Source: Setoptus koraiensis
Lineage: Eukaryota > Animalia > Arthropoda
DNA length: 64,000 nucleotides
NCBI GenBank assembly: GCA_048013815.1
Contig: CM106585.1
Location: 20,894,001 to 20,958,000 of the forward strand
Reading direction: 5' to 3'
Below are positions 36,101 through 51,076 of this stretch, in pieces. How positions within the stretch are numbered: the first letter of the stretch is position 1; each line of letters opens with the position of its first letter. Below the pieces are notes generated by a model. That model made no database searches. It had not been told where the DNA came from and saw nothing but the letters and a program-made list of their open reading frames with translations. The position numbers were made by a program, and so were the translations under genes.

Positions 36101-37718
36101 TTATATTTCGAACAAATAGGTAAGCGAGATTTTCGTTCATTTGCTCACGTGCTCTGAATAGTTGAATTATAAGATCAACAATCACTGATTATATAATAAA
36201 ACTAAAAGTGCCGATAATTGTGCTGAAAGACGTTTTCTCGCTAGCAACACTCGAACGCTAGCTCTATTATTATTATATATTGTCGGCTTTTCCAAGAGAT
36301 TGTTGTACACAAGAGACTTGTGATATTTGGAGATTGGCCAACAGCAAGATACATCGAATGACTAGTGTCTGTGTGAAATGAGAGCCCAAGAAAGCGATGA
36401 TTTTGTGAGTTTCAGTTGTCTATTTCGGGACGACTCGACATTGTGTATTGAGTATTATTGGTTTGGCTGATTGAATTCAATCAGTGAATTCAATCATCTG
36501 AACTCAACTCTCAACGATCGGGTTCGGGCTTGAATTTCTCTGGTTGATCTCTAGCAAAGAAGCGTTGAATTTATCCATGCACATCTACTCGACGAATAAC
36601 CGACTCTCGCCGTTGTGGATACGCAAATAAATTTTCATGTCAAATTGAAAACTATGCGTATCCATGAACAAATAAGTGCGCTTGTGCGATCATTCGCAAA
36701 CTGAATCCCTGAAGCGTTTGGCGGCCAATATCCACGAGGCGGATATTAGCCGGCATGTTAGGCTGCAAAATGGGATTAAGAACGAGATAATGAGAATACT
36801 TGTGCTCAGCACTGTCTTTCGAACGCATGATCGGTTGTTTTGCGGTGACGGTTGCTTATCTATATCGATTGCGTTTAGATTTTCATTTGACAAGATATTG
36901 AGACACCAGAAACATGATGAGAGTGACTCACAATCAGGTGAATAAACCATCATTCAACTGTCAACTGTCAATGGATTTTGCATGTTATGCTGAAATGTGT
37001 TTTCCATAAATTAGTGCGCCTACATACCTGCATGATACAGGAATACATGCAATACAGAATATCCGTGAATAATCGACCATTTTCTCTGATAGTTTGAATA
37101 CGCTCGGCGAAAACATTGCCCATTGGAGATGGACAACAATTTGATGGCTCGGTGAATCGATCATGCAGCTCAAATCGATGCATGCACATTTTTTGTCGAG
37201 CTAACGGATTGTTTATTTTGCTGAGATTAACAAACTAAACCGAAAAATAAATGCTCCGTTGCTTTGTGAATCTAACAATCTTACCTTGTAAGCAATATTG
37301 AAACAAAGCGAGTCTGATGACTGATGGGTCAATTAGTGCGCAGCTATTGATGATCGACGGCGCCAACAACAAAAGAGCGATTCACCTGAGATGGGTGGCC
37401 TCATACTGTTCAAACGACAACTTTGGAGATGCTGTCATTTGCGGGCCCCAAATTTCCTGTGATCGGTAACAATGATGCTGTTCCGGTGACAACTACAATG
37501 GTTTCCGTTTCTATTCAATATCAATGTGGCTGCGGCGTGTTTTTCATTGACGTTTGACTGGTCGATGGAATTGGTTTGGTGTGTGTGTGTGTGGCGATCG
37601 TTGACGCGATCAAGTTGCATTTTCAGTTGCAGCTGAGCTGCATTTCAGTGGGGGCAATTGAACTTTTAGTAGCCGTTGTTGCGTCGAGTATCGTTGCTGC
37701 AGAGTATCGTTGCTGCAA

Positions 37719-37721
<3 letters not shown>

Positions 37722-37751
<30 letters not shown>
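37722..37751. repeat. (GA)n microsatellite
   Basis: Pure GA run. Confidence 0.9.
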
Positions 37752-37754
<3 letters not shown>

Positions 37755-38476
37755 AGCCAGAGATTTCTTTGGCCGATACGGCAACACGGAAGGACAGAGA
37801 TAGAGCCAGCGGAATGCAATTCGGTGCGGCTCGGCTCGGCTGGCAGCCAACTGGAGCCACGAAAATGGTCGGATATTGAGCGATCAATCAATTGCCGGTG
37901 TGCTGGTTGGCCCATATCAACATTATGATTAGTGGAGTCGCATGATGTGTCGACGACCAGACGTGCTCTATGACGGTCGTGCGATGATGCCAGCGAATCA
38001 GTGAGCCGTGATGGGTTAGCCATTATTTGTTTGTCGGTCGTCCGATGTCAACAATGTCGTAGTTTATGTCGACAACAACGACGACGACAACAGCCACGAC
38101 GACGACGGCGGCGATCTTATCGAGCAAATATTATTGTCATTGGCATTGTTTTAACGTGCGCGTCCGCTTGGCCAGGCCGACCTGGCCCCCAAACGAGGCC
38201 CGATGTCTTAATGACGCAGCCAGCAACAGCCAATATCACCGACGACAACAGCGACAACGCCAATATCAACGACAACAGCGACAACGCCAATATCAACGAC
38301 AACAACGCCAACTGACACCAGCTAACCAGACCAGTTAATCGGGCCGGTTGGCTTAGGTCAGATTATGGGATTGCTCTAATGGATTCGCTCTGTTATCGCG
38401 CAAAGCAAAGACGACGTAACTAACCAAGAGTCGTTGTATCAATTGATTGAGTGGTGAGAACTGTCCCTTTGCGGGC

Positions 38477-38478
<2 letters not shown>

Positions 38479-38547
<69 letters not shown>
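38479..38547. repeat. Long (CA)n microsatellite
   Basis: ~69-bp pure CA run. Confidence 0.95.
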
Positions 38548-38549
<2 letters not shown>

Positions 38550-41500
38550 AATTGATTTGCGATTTATTTTTCTCGGAACATTCGGAGCAGCGGCAATTGT
38601 TCGCTTAGGTGCGCACACCGACGGCCAGCCCAACGTGGGGCCCACTCAACGTGTGTCTCCGCAAGGCATACATACATTATTATTTATATCCGTGTCGCAT
38701 TGTAATGAGATCACGCGCTCTGGCGGCCGTGGGGCCGGCAACGCGGCGCCAGAATTTTATTTATTGGCCGGCCATGGGCACACAGCAGCACACACACAAT
38801 AGATTCAATTCGCGAATCGCAAATCGCTGCAAAGCGCTTATTGGCCCAATAAGCCAATAAGCGACAGACAATCCAAGACAAGACAAAAGATAGGATAATC
38901 GTATAAATAAACTGCCGCTACAACTAATACATATCTAGCGATGGGCCAAAAATGGCAGTGACATTACCAGTGATTCAAGCTCTTTTTGGCAATCAGTATC
39001 AATGATGGAATACATGTAATCTCTGCCAATCAGTGCACGCGTCGGCCACACTCCAAACTGGAGACGGCTAATGCGATTCCAGCCCAGACGCCGGCAAGCT
39101 CGCCCACACTCGCTGGCTGATTCGCGCCACATTCGGGCCAGACTCGGGCCAGATTCGCGCCAGATTCGCGCCAGACTCGCGCCAGACTCGCGCCAGATAT
39201 ACCGGCTACTTATTGGACAGACCTAATGTGATTGCTTCCGACCGGTTGCGGCATTAACCGGCCTAAGCTAGTTAGCAGGGTACCTCAGTTAGCCAGCCAA
39301 CAACAGTAATTGCAGTGCAATCAATGGGAAAAAACCATCGGACAGCCCCCTCAGTATTTACTAATTGTGTACACAAACACATTCGATGGAGCCCGCGTCT
39401 GGCCCCCCATTGAATCTCTCACCCAGTTCAAAGGCCGGCTCAAGCGAGATTTTGGGCGCCGCTTGTAATTGCCTCTCGCCCTTGGCCCGTTCAACCCTTT
39501 CGCACGTTCAATACGTGCCAGAGACGCCATCAATTGGCCCATTTCAGTGATATAGACGTTTGGAATGTCCGAAAGGCTCGACGCGTTGTTATACCGATAC
39601 GGAAGGGGCACGAAATTGGTGCGAAATAGAGCGCCGAATTGTTGCTGACAGTGCCATCTCAGAGCAACTCGATTTCTCTTTTGCCCAATGAAAATTGGCC
39701 CAAAAACAAAAGAGCCAGCCTGCTGTTCGAGTGACTCTTCCAGTGATTGTGTGACCAATTAAATTAGGTTTATCATCATTAGGCCGAAATAGGCCGTCCT
39801 CTGGCTGTGTGCTCCTCTGGTTTACCTCTGGCTGTGTGCTCGTCGATCTAGACCTAAATGAGACCTGAATGAGACGCAAGTTTGCGCTCAAAATCACCGC
39901 TCACTATTAGTGAGCCACTAATGAGGCCAATGCAGACAAATATGTAATGACTTCCTGACCAAGAGAGGAAATCGGCCCTCTCATACATTGAGCACGGCTC
40001 ATTTGCGGTCGGCCGATGGTGTGCCTAATTTCGTTTTTTCTTTCCTTATGAAAGCCTTCTAGCGAGAAAAAATCGCTCCAAATTGGACCCAAACAAGCTG
40101 ACAGAGCGCGCAAGGGTGCACAGAAAAGCTTGAGACCAATTTCTGAAATTATCCTCTGCTCGTCACGACAACGAAACGCTGTCGGAACGATGCGAAAACG
40201 AAGGAAAAATTCTTTGTCTCACAGGTTAGTGTGGCATCGAAAATTTAAAGTGTGCAGCCTAGTTTGCACAGTCGGGCCAGAAACTCAATCAAGCGAGAGA
40301 GCGAAGCCTAAAGAGATTCAACTTTTGAGCGCTCTCTGGTGCTCAAACGGTTTCTGAAACGCTCGCTCTCGGTTCTCTTTCCAGCGAGTAAACTAAGCGC
40401 GTTGCCTTGTGAATTCTGTCGACTAAGTTAGTCGGACTAACCGCATCGAGTTGTCACACACAATCAAAGGCACACCAGCTAAGCGTGGCGAACTCAGGAC
40501 AGCTCACTTGATAAGTCGAGGTACCATGGATAAGTTATTATTGGCGACACGGCAATAATTGTCGACAACAATGTTCAATTTTGTTGCAGTTTCGTTGGGA
40601 TTTATCGGGGGCCCCCATAAATCGCAAATCGGCTAGATAAGCATGCTGCGCTTACATAATGTGACTAGTTAAATGAGCTGTCGGTGCACGAGTCGGCGCG
40701 GTTCAAGTGGTCGCAATGCACAGATTGGCAGCTACACACTCTGTGATACAGAGTCTGTATTGCAGAGTCTGTATTGCAGAGTCTGTATTGCAGAGTCTGT
40801 ATTGCAGAGATGGGGCCAGATTTGGAGATGGGGCCGTCTCAGCAGTTGCTGTGTGTTAAGTGAGCCGTCAATTGAGTGGATTTTCAATTGGCTGCCCAAC
40901 TGAATCTTATCCAGTCAAATGAATCAAATTGGTTGGAATGCGCTCGTCGCGCCGGTCACCCATGATTCGCGATCTGGCCCAAGTCGGGCTCGCTGCAACT
41001 TGTGGCAATAAATAAGCAATCCGTGCCAGCGATTAGTATTTCAGATTCGGGCCCCTCGACTCGCTGCCAAACGAGGCGAGTCACCAAGCTAGCGACTGTT
41101 GACCCAAAACAACGGCGACATGTTGTTGTAAACTTGTCATCATTACTAACATTTGACGAGATGAAATTGGAAAAAAATCTCTCATATCCGCCACTCAGTC
41201 AATCCACTCTGCCCAGTTTGTCGCAGTGACTATCGGCGGAGCGACTATCGATGCAGTGGGGCCAATATAATCAGTTTTAAGTTGGCCAGTTGTGCACTCG
41301 CGATTCGCCTTATTAGCCTCACATCAAACTGAACAGTATCAGCCGGAGCTTGCCGGCGAGAGCGAGCTTAAAAACTATAGCCAGTTGTACTGTTGCCAGA
41401 GGCTAACTCGTGCCGCTTGAGCGGGGGAGTTGCTGCAAAAAATTATACGAATAGCAATATACCAACAGTGGCCAAGCTGCTGTTAGGTAATAGACGCCTA

Positions 41501-44500
41501 TTATATGATTCTGTCGGCTGGCTTGTCGAATGGTGCTCTAATGGGACTGCGATCACGGCAATTTCAATTTCCGCAAATCCTACTCGATTCCACTGATATC
41601 CGAGCATGGATATTGGGAGGCAAAATATTGCAATATTCCAAGTTTGCGTTATTCATATGATTCATAGTGAATCATATGAATAACGCATCATATTATATGA
41701 TCGACACTGTCGATTCTGTGGCTCTTGGGCCGGCGACTACGACCCAATGAATGTATGAATTGATTATCCCTTGACACGTTATATATTTCCTGGTTTATTT
41801 TGAATTTATGGCGCATTTATGGGCACCATCATTGAAGCAATGAATAGATTGGCGCTAGTATGTTGCGCAGAGGACACAGAGCAGAAGAAAGGAAACACAA
41901 ATTTGCGATCAGTCGATCAAATTGGGCCCATCCACTCATGCTGTACAAAGACGCCCGAGCCGAGCTAAGCGAGCTAAATGGAGCCACTCAATAAAGGGGC
42001 CCGCTATTGTTGAGTTATTATGGAGAAGACGGTGCGACATGATTTCCTATTGAGCGGCCTCTATCAGTCTAACTATTGTAGGCAGCCTAATGGTGGGCCA
42101 CTTTTGAGACGGGCGCGTAGGTGGTTACATACAAACCAAATTTGTTAAACATAGATTGCACAACTCAAAAGGGGAAACTTATAATTGCTTACAACTGCCT
42201 ATGAGCTGGCATGTGTGTAAAAGAGTTTAAATAAGCCGTATTGTGGTAATGAATACAAATAATAATAATAATAATAATAGTAATAATTATGAACAACGAT
42301 GCTCGCCTGTCGAGCTCGCCGAGCTCGATTTGTGTTTGTCTGTCGTGTGTTTGTGAGACATGTTGCGACAGACGCCACAACAGAGAGGAGACACGACGAC
42401 GCTTTAGACGTGGGCCCAACAAACTCAATAACAATATTACATAACATTTACATAAACACACAAATAAGACACGCAAGTAACGCGCAGTTCAAATTACAGT
42501 AAGTTTCAAATCGTCAAATATGTGTGTTTGTATGATGTAATTCTATTCAAAATTACATGTATTGTTATGTAACGTGTGTGTCGGTTGGTCGCTAGTATTT
42601 GTATTGTAATTGTATTTATTAGTGTGTGTGTATGTTGGTGTGCAGTTTGCTAAACTAACTGACTGTTACTTTTGCAAACTAGAGCATGTTGTGTGTTGTG
42701 AATTAGTTGTAAATTCGTGGCAACAATAACACTCACAGTAACTATATTAGTGACGACGATTATTATGTTGTCATTTAATCTCGAGTTATCTCAAGTTATC
42801 TGGCCCCTTTAATCGCCGGCCTTCCTTTAAAAGTGACAGTCTAACTGTTAGATGTTGCTCCCTTGGCCCATGACGACTGTCGCATCTTTTGCAACTCGCT
42901 CCAGCTGCAACCATGACTATTTTGTACATGCTATAACATACTTATAGTTGTGCCTGATATTACGTGATGCGACACAATTGGAATAAATTTTATTTTATTT
43001 GTCTCTATTTGTTGTATAAATCGGTACACAACCGGTAGACAGCGCGACACAACAACCAACGAAAGCGACACAACAACCAACGAAAGCGACACAACAACCA
43101 ATGAGAGCGACACAACAACCAATGAGAGCGGCGCCACCAAATCAAATCACGCTGATTATGCAATTGGGGCCAGCATCCTTTTGGGGCCCGCTGCAACTGC
43201 TCGCCTGTGAGTTTGTTACCTTGTTACCTTGTTAGCGTGTTGACGTGTCACCAGTCTACTGGCCAATGGTCAAATCGATTGAATTGAGGCCAATTTCGTT
43301 ACGATCCCAAGCAATGTCACGAGTCGCAAGCGAAATCGGCGTCGCACAAGGCACAGACAGTGATAGACAGTGATAGATGTGTGTTTGTTCTGACACAAGC
43401 GACCATCAATTTTAATCAGCTCAATTCGAGTTGCTCAATTTGAAACTGGCCTAACTTAGTTACCTCAACGGCCACCAGCTCACCATTTGGGCCGTTTGCT
43501 GACAGAGCTGACAGTGCCGACAGAGCCGACAGAGCCGACAGAGCCGACAGAGGTGACACTGCGTCAATCTATTCTCAGTCTTGGCCGTCATTACATTACA
43601 TTGACAGTGTTTGAACGCTGTCCGAAGACAACTCTAATATTACGATGCATTACGGGTGGCGGTATAAATTTACACACTGCTGTAAACAGTTGCACGACAG
43701 CGTGGCACGACTCATAGGCGAGACGGGCCCCAACTTCCGCCGGCAAGTGCGAATCAGCTTGGCAACGTGCGGCCAACCTTTTGCAAAAGTTGGCCACTGT
43801 TTCGAGTCGCAAACGAGGCGAGTCATTATCGCCTCTAACTGGAAACAGTGACAAAGTTTGCCCAGTGGATAAAAGGAGAAGCTGACTGACCAGCAACATT
43901 CTTCTCGTCGACAGTAACTCGATCTGGCTTTGCATCAGGGCCCCAATTGCAGCCAAGTGCAATTGTACAATTTGGAGTGCTTCATAATTGCAGACGAACT
44001 GCCAATCGGTCAACTGCCAATTGGTCAGCAATTGTTCGACTATCGGTCACTGTTGGCCGCTGACAGACTCAATAATTTTATTATTAAGTCAGCGCCATCG
44101 TTGTCACCTGTCAATTGAGTCGACCCACTTTGGCCACAGGTCACTTTGTCAGTTTTGTTTCACGGATAAAGTGAAACAAAACTGACAAAGTGACACACGG
44201 GCCAAGTGTGTGTCAGTTGGGGGGCCTCGACCGGCCAGCCCGCACCGAGTTGAAAGTTTTGAACGCTGGATAATAAATATTGGAGCTGATTAAAAGTGCC
44301 GGCTCAAATCGCCAGCTCGTCATCGTTCGGACAGGTCATTATTTTGTCGACAGTCGCTTGTCAGTGGTCTGGGCCTCAGTCGACTGGCCACTGGCAGCTA
44401 GCGCCAATTGCGACTTGCTTTTGTCAAGTTTGCCCAGTTTGCTTGGTTTGTCCAGTCTGGCCAGTTTGCCTAGTCGCCGAGTCGGCCGCATCGTTGATCT

Positions 44501-44965
44501 GTTTCCTTGGGCCAGCAAGTGACAGTTATTTTGGGTCAAGTTTCGTTATATTGAGCAGAGTATTATTGTGTGAAATTGGCACAAAATTGGGGCCGGATTA
44601 GTTGCAGTGTTGTATTTTGATAGGCAACAAATTGGGTATTAGTCGGCGGTTGGCGGTCAGTTGTCAAGTTGGAGTCAATTGGAGCGAGGTTAGAGCGAGT
44701 CAAATGAAACCAAATAAACCCGTTATAAAGCGACCGGTGTCAAATTCATATTTGGCTCAGTGTGTCACTGGCGATCTCGTTGTATCTCATGGCGACGCTG
44801 CCATGTTTGTTTAATGTTTAAATACACTCTAAACTCGCTTAGTGTCTGCTTTCGATCACCACCAGACACTAAGCCGGACACACAACTGGCAGCGAGACTA
44901 AATCATTGGGGCCCCCAATGGAGCTCGACAAGAATATTAAGTTAATGCTATTATTAGTGATATTT

Positions 44966-44996
<31 letters not shown>

Positions 44997-47994
44997 TCGT
45001 TGCTGCTGCTGTTGGGGCCATGCGAGTGGCACACGAGGCGCGTTGGCTTGTCTGATTTTCATTTGTCATGTCGCCACAACAATATGAAACATGGCAGCTT
45101 CGTGTTGTTGTTGTGTGCACTGGCTACTACAATATAAATGCGACGCAATACGAGCCGAACGCGAGCCGGCCGAACGCGAATAAACGGCGCGTCAGTATGC
45201 AAACTGAGCATTATTGTCACGAATTTCGTTTCGCTGGCATGGGGCCCGGCGTTATTGTGGCCTGACTTGTGTCAGCCAGCACAGCAGAGATAAATTAAAA
45301 CGAGACAGGCCGGACAGCACACAAATAAGTGCTGGCAATATTTGCAGCCGCAATGACACCGGCCAGCTATTTGCAATCTTTGTTTGCGTTGACCGGCCAG
45401 ACAGGCATTATAAGTGACATAATAATAATAATCTAATCACACGCACAAATGCAAGCCCGTGCACAAAAATACAAGCCCCAAGAAGGTTGAATAACTTTAC
45501 TTTTTGCCCGCCAGTTTAAACCGTGCGCCGCTTGCCTGTTGGCCTGTGGCCGTGAGCCAGCGGCCCCAGTGGCCGTCAGTGGCCCCGTTGGCTCGCCGCT
45601 GACCGGCCCGCTGACTGGCCCGCTGGTGGCCCGCTGGTGGCCAGTGTGCGCATCGCCAGAATTATAATAAATAATCCATGTCCAGGCGACTGTGTCTTGG
45701 CTGCAGAGGCCGGCTGCATTGTAGTTGCAGTTGTGTGTCGGTTATACACAAACTCGCTTTTAGGCGAGCCTCAGTTTTAGGCTGAGCATATTAAATTGAT
45801 TTGACGCGACAGGCGCATTCACTGCCGCCTACAACGGCCAGCCAACGGCCAGTGGGCCCGCAATGTTTTGAAAACATTGGCCTTCGGTGCTGGGCGTTCG
45901 CGTTGCTGCTCGTGCGTCGAGCTAACGACAATTTAATGTGATCTGTCTCGTCCCCTGGCTGTCATTTCTCTGGCCAGAGGCGGCCAGAAGCGGCCAAAAG
46001 CCGCCAGAAGCCGCCAGAAGCCGCCAGAAGCCGCCAGAAGGTTGCGCTAGGTGTCTGGCCGGTGTTCAATATTCTGCGCCATGCCGACACAACCAGATAC
46101 AAGCAACAGTGAGGTTATATCTGGCCGAGAAATGCCGCCCGACGGTCAGCGATCGACTTGAGCCACATTAGCGCCGTCCAGCGGCCAAACAAATCAAGTC
46201 AACTGTTTATTTGCATCTCTTTTGTGCGTCGGGCGTTTGTTTCGCTCAATGCCAACGGGCCAGCAAACTGCCAATGGGCTATAGGCCCTCTCGAGGCGAC
46301 AGTCTCGAGGCGACTCTGGCCAGTGGCCAGACAACTGCTGGCCAGACAACTGCTGGCCAGAGAGACACAAACAGCGACAGAGGCCGTCTCTTTTTGGCCG
46401 GCATTTGTATTGATTTTATGGGCAAGTCAGCAAGTGTCAAATGGCGAACACACTCAATTGATTGTTGCATAATATTGTAAATCTCTCGCTCGCTCTTTTC
46501 TACTGTCTGTCTCAGCAATGACAGGCCATAACAGTTTGCATAGTTACACAACTGGCAAGTGGCCAGGCCGAGCCATTTGCAGCGCCAGGCTCCACACAAC
46601 AGCCAACATGTGCGACGGGGCCAATAAATGGGGCCCGAGCGCCAGTGAGGCCAGCGAGTAAATAATGATGTACGCCTATGAGGCAATTTATTTGATTAGC
46701 CTGGCTCGCCGAATCCGATTTGCGTGCCATCTAAGCCGTTGTTGCGCCATTGTAACGGGGCCGGCATGACTGGCACAGCTGGCGTCACTAGTATGGCTGG
46801 CGTGGGGCCCCAAATATCGCCAGTGTGGGGCCCCAAATATCGCCAGTGTCCAGGTTGCGCCGGCAATGTTTTCCTCTCTGACCTTGCATCTTTTTGCGTG
46901 GATCTTTTCACAGATGCACATGCGACGCGTTTTATTGTATTATATAATATCATACGATCAAGTATTATAGCGACACTCGAATTATTGCCATCGGCCGCTG
47001 GAATCAATTCAATGCTTATGCGGGCACAATTAGATTTAATGATGCAATAACGCGCCCATTATCAAGGCGTCACAACGATTAAAATGCCACTTGTGGGCCC
47101 GGCCCAATGGCTATCTATTTCACATATTATACATACTTGTTAGTTTTATTATATTGTCAATCGAATGCGCGCTGATAAATGGAACGGGCGCCAGCAAAGT
47201 GTGCGCATTTGACAGTGAGGCGCGACAAACTTGTGTAAAGTTATAACGTTATATCGCTTGCATTGATGACTTGCATCACTGGCATTTTATCAATCAAAGT
47301 GATATATATACATTGGCCCCACTGGCCATAATATTACGTAATAATATATACGCTTTGTACGTGTATCTGCTGCTGCTGCACACTGCATACATACATTATA
47401 CATGACATTGTATATGATGATATATATTTGGATATATAGTCGTATTATTATCACATTTTATCTGGCCGATCGGGTGATTTATGTCATGTAAATTAAATGC
47501 CGCTGCCGACAAAAATAACAGCGACAACAGTGTATGTTTGCTGTTTGCGTCCATCAATTATCGTGGAGCTTATTCAATGAGGTCATTTGTCAGCAGCGCA
47601 CACTGACCACAAACAGTGGCAGCCATTGTTGTCGTTGTTGCCGTTGCCGGAATTGATTGTTGCAAATGCTTTTGTCGCCTTGTCGCCAAAATGCGTGCCA
47701 CCGTTACCAGTAATGGGACAATGTGACTCGCCAGTCACAAGTTGCCAGTCACCAGTTGTGAGTCACAACTGGTGAGGCATCAATGAGCCACACAAGTTCA
47801 CGGTCGGGGCCCCTTGTCTGGCCGTCAGAGCGTGCTGCCAATGGTGTCACTTGAAACTGTTACAATCTAGCAGTTAGGCTCGCCGAAATGCGAGGCTGCC
47901 GTCGAGGCTGCCGTCGAGGCCCGCGAAGAGACCGCAATAAGCGTTGCCCTTGGAACGTAAGCAGATTTTATCTGCTGTATGCCAGAAATCAAAG

Positions 47995-48085
47995 TTGATC
48001 ACAGTCTGCCAGCAGCAACAGCAACAACAACGGCAACAACAACAGCAGTAACGGCAGCAACAACAACAACAACAACGCCAAGCAA
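47995..48085. repeat. (CAA/CAG)n trinucleotide tract
   Basis: Imperfect CAA/CAG run. Confidence 0.8.
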
Positions 48086-50170
48086 ACACAACGGCGAGTG
48101 TCAATAGTGACACCAACAATGCAATTCAACTCAGCTTATCTCCTCTTTCATCCAGCTCGGCCAGTTGGCAATCATTTCAGATGGAGAGACTTGTTTTGGC
48201 CCGCAGAGAGATATCACCAATTGTCGTTGTCGTCGCAACGCTGACGCTTGTTTTACAATGACAACAACTGATTATCTGATTCTCCAAATTATCTGCGCCG
48301 CCTGAAGGAGCCTCGCGTGGCCCCATGCGGCCTCGTGTGGCCCCGTGTGTCGTTGCGGGCGCCGCAAAGGGCGAGTCACATACGCGCGCACAATTGCAAA
48401 TTTCTGCCCCTTATCGGGCCACACGATCCAAATCGATCCCCAATCGGCCAGACGACGACTGGCGCTAAAAATATCCCCGCCAAATTGATTGTGTATAATG
48501 GCGCACCATTTATCACCAACAGGCAGCACAAAAGGTGATAAATGAGGCGCCCGATCGTCCAATTGAATTCTTGCCCCGACTGTCTCATTCGCCAGATCAG
48601 CCGGATATTTATTGATTAAGATATATCGCTCAGATATGTGCAATCGCAATTGTCAGATGTGTATTGCTGGCTGCAATTGTTTTGTCAGTTGGCTCGCTCA
48701 TTTCTAGCCCCATTTGAGGCCCCTTGCTTCCACAGTCCTGACACTGCCATGCACAATGTTGATCGATTTATGCCTGCTGTCTTGTCAGTGGTTTATCAGT
48801 GGATCTTGTCAAAAATCAACTCGACTCAGTCGAGCTCTAGTCCAGTCGACTGGCCAGCGAGCGCACTTCTGCCTAGGGGATATAATCATGCGATGCGATG
48901 TTGATGGGCGCGGACGTAACGTGTATCTAATTGACTTTGAGCCTCAAAGTTTGAGGATCCTTCGAAGGATCTGCACTGTTTATCTGTGCGGTATCAGGGA
49001 GCAACGGCGATGAAAACGTTGATCATTATCGAGCTTGATCGGCAATGGCAGCAACTATTGGGCCCAATAGCAACTATACAGAGAATTGAATTATTGCCTG
49101 CTAAATAAAACTCACACTCATAAGACTCACTAAAGCAACTTGGCAAGTAAACTCGCAATAATAATTAACATACCAACATGTTGGCCAGACACAGTTGAGC
49201 CAATTGAGTCGAGAGAGGGCACCTAAGGCGCAATTATGACGTGATGCTATAATAATTTCATTGATGTTGTTATTATTGCCAGTTGTAAGAATAGCAAACG
49301 AGTGCCAATGTTCATTTGCGCTGTCTGGCATGTTTGCAAACACGTCGCACAAATCGCTCTAGGCAAACTGCGCCAGACCAAAAAGGGGCCATTCGGGCCC
49401 ATTCGAGCGACTGTGTTTGTTGGTCAACTTTTTCGCCACACAAACTCGCACAGATAAACAATGGGGCCCAGCAGTTTGCTTGCATTGTGCTTGCAAGTCG
49501 CAACAAACCAAACCCTCTATTTGCTTTCAATGCCATTCAATGTGTTCCCTGGCAAAAAGAAGTTTCTGTCTATACAAATGCAGCTACAAATATTGTAGAC
49601 GAACAACCCGTTACCTTCGTTAGCGGACTCAAGCGCCATCTCTCCAGCTGATTACCCCAACAATTATACCGCTAGTAATAATAACCAATTGCCGCAGATA
49701 GTCAATTGTGCGCGAATGCAAAAACTATGCATCGCTGATTAAAATTCATGGTAAATACGCACGATACAAACCGATGATCCCATTGGTATGCATCACATAA
49801 CTGACACGGGTAAAGGGGAAGCTTTCTAACCAAGATGAGCAATGAAATTGAAAGATGCGTATTCACAAGTCAGCCCAGAGCTCACCTAATGACCGACTCG
49901 TCATTAGGTGTCCCTTGAATGAAACAACAGAGATGACACAACACAAAATATCCGTCATTTATTTGCCACCATGACAATTTATCAACGAGGAGGTTGTATG
50001 TGTTTGTTCACTCATGATTGGATAGCGTCAATCTCGTGTCACTCGACCAGACTTGCAGCCGAGGTCCCCCTGGCCCGATCTGCACAAACCAGTGTGGTCA
50101 TCAGAATTGATTCAGTGGTCGCAAGATGACAATGTTATAACAATATCAGTTTATTTGTGTGCTCAATAAT

Positions 50171-51076
50171 TTAGCCGAGTCGTAGAAGATAATTTTCTAT
50201 CCAGGACCTCACTTGAGTTACATTCACGAGCACAGTGATGCCGTTCCTGTCGGGTTTCTTGCTGTCACATGTTGCACGGTGCATGACGCCATAAACTTCC
50301 CATAGACCATCGCGAAAATTTAAGCCTGGTCCCCCTAAATCGCCATTGCAGCCCCCGCGAGCAGTGGCATCGTTGGATCTTGTCCAAAACAGGGGAAGTT
50401 GGCTACAATTGGTTGTTGCTTCCGGACACCAGCTTGACACAATAGCGGCCCTATGTCTAATTGGTTTGATTTCGCCATCTTTGTTGAAGTCCATAGTTCC
50501 CCAGCCAGCAATGGTGACATTTGTTTTTTCGTCTTTCGCCGGTTTGTCCCTTGGCAAGCAGGCCGGCCTAGTATAATTTGTCCATTGCAGCGGTTTGTCA
50601 AGTTTTATCAATGCCACATCTAGTACTGGATGAATTTCAAAATCTACAGAGTCTCGCACTTGATGATTTGTATCTCTCAACACAGCCGCTGTATTGTTAT
50701 ATACGCCGGCAACGACTTTAGTATCGCGTTTATTTTTCGTAAGACACTGTTTTGCCGTCAATACAGCCCGTTTATGTACGATTGTGGCACCACAATACCC
50801 TTTATTTGTTACTATCAACGCCAACCATGGAAAATCGCCTCTCGAAGCCTCTTCGCCACCGATAATTCTTTTTGACTGGTTCCTATTCGGTATCCATCTT
50901 GCACTGCCGGCATTGGGACTTCTACCACAGCCGACAATGACATGTTTCGGCCCGTCTGCTGGCTGCAGTTGTTGCACTGCACTGGTCACCAACTGTTCAT
51001 TGGGCCCCACAGCCAAAATTGCCACAAAAACACATGTTGCAACATACAAAAGTGGCTGCACTATCAAGGCAGCCAT
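50171..51076 (-). CDS. Secreted trypsin-fold (S1A) serine protease homolog, catalytically inactive, intronless, 301 aa
   Basis: True ATG at 51076 (AAAAC-ATG-G; the track start at 51085 is TTG); signal-like leader; CGR linker Cys; KR|IIGG activation site; FPWLALI, CGATIV, LTAKQC (His->Gln), DVALIKL, PACLP, IAGWG, CNGDLGGP (Ser->Leu). Confidence 0.92.
   Translation of the reverse strand: MAALIVQPLLYVATCVFVAILAVGPNEQLVTSAVQQLQPADGPKHVIVGCGRSPNAGSARWIPNRNQSKRIIGGEEASRGDFPWLALIVTNKGYCGATIVHKRAVLTAKQCLTKNKRDTKVVAGVYNNTAAVLRDTNHQVRDSVDFEIHPVLDVALIKLDKPLQWTNYTRPACLPRDKPAKDEKTNVTIAGWGTMDFNKDGEIKPIRHRAAIVSSWCPEATTNCSQLPLFWTRSNDATARGGCNGDLGGPGLNFRDGLWEVYGVMHRATCDSKKPDRNGITVLVNVTQVRSWIENYLLRLG

Noticed and set aside
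28000-50100. Numerous 60-160-aa ORFs (for example 32203-32607, 39351-39758, 43591-44031, 48272-48649)
   Set aside because: No family motifs; overlapping on both strands; many driven by microsatellites. Small exons cannot be excluded without RNA data.
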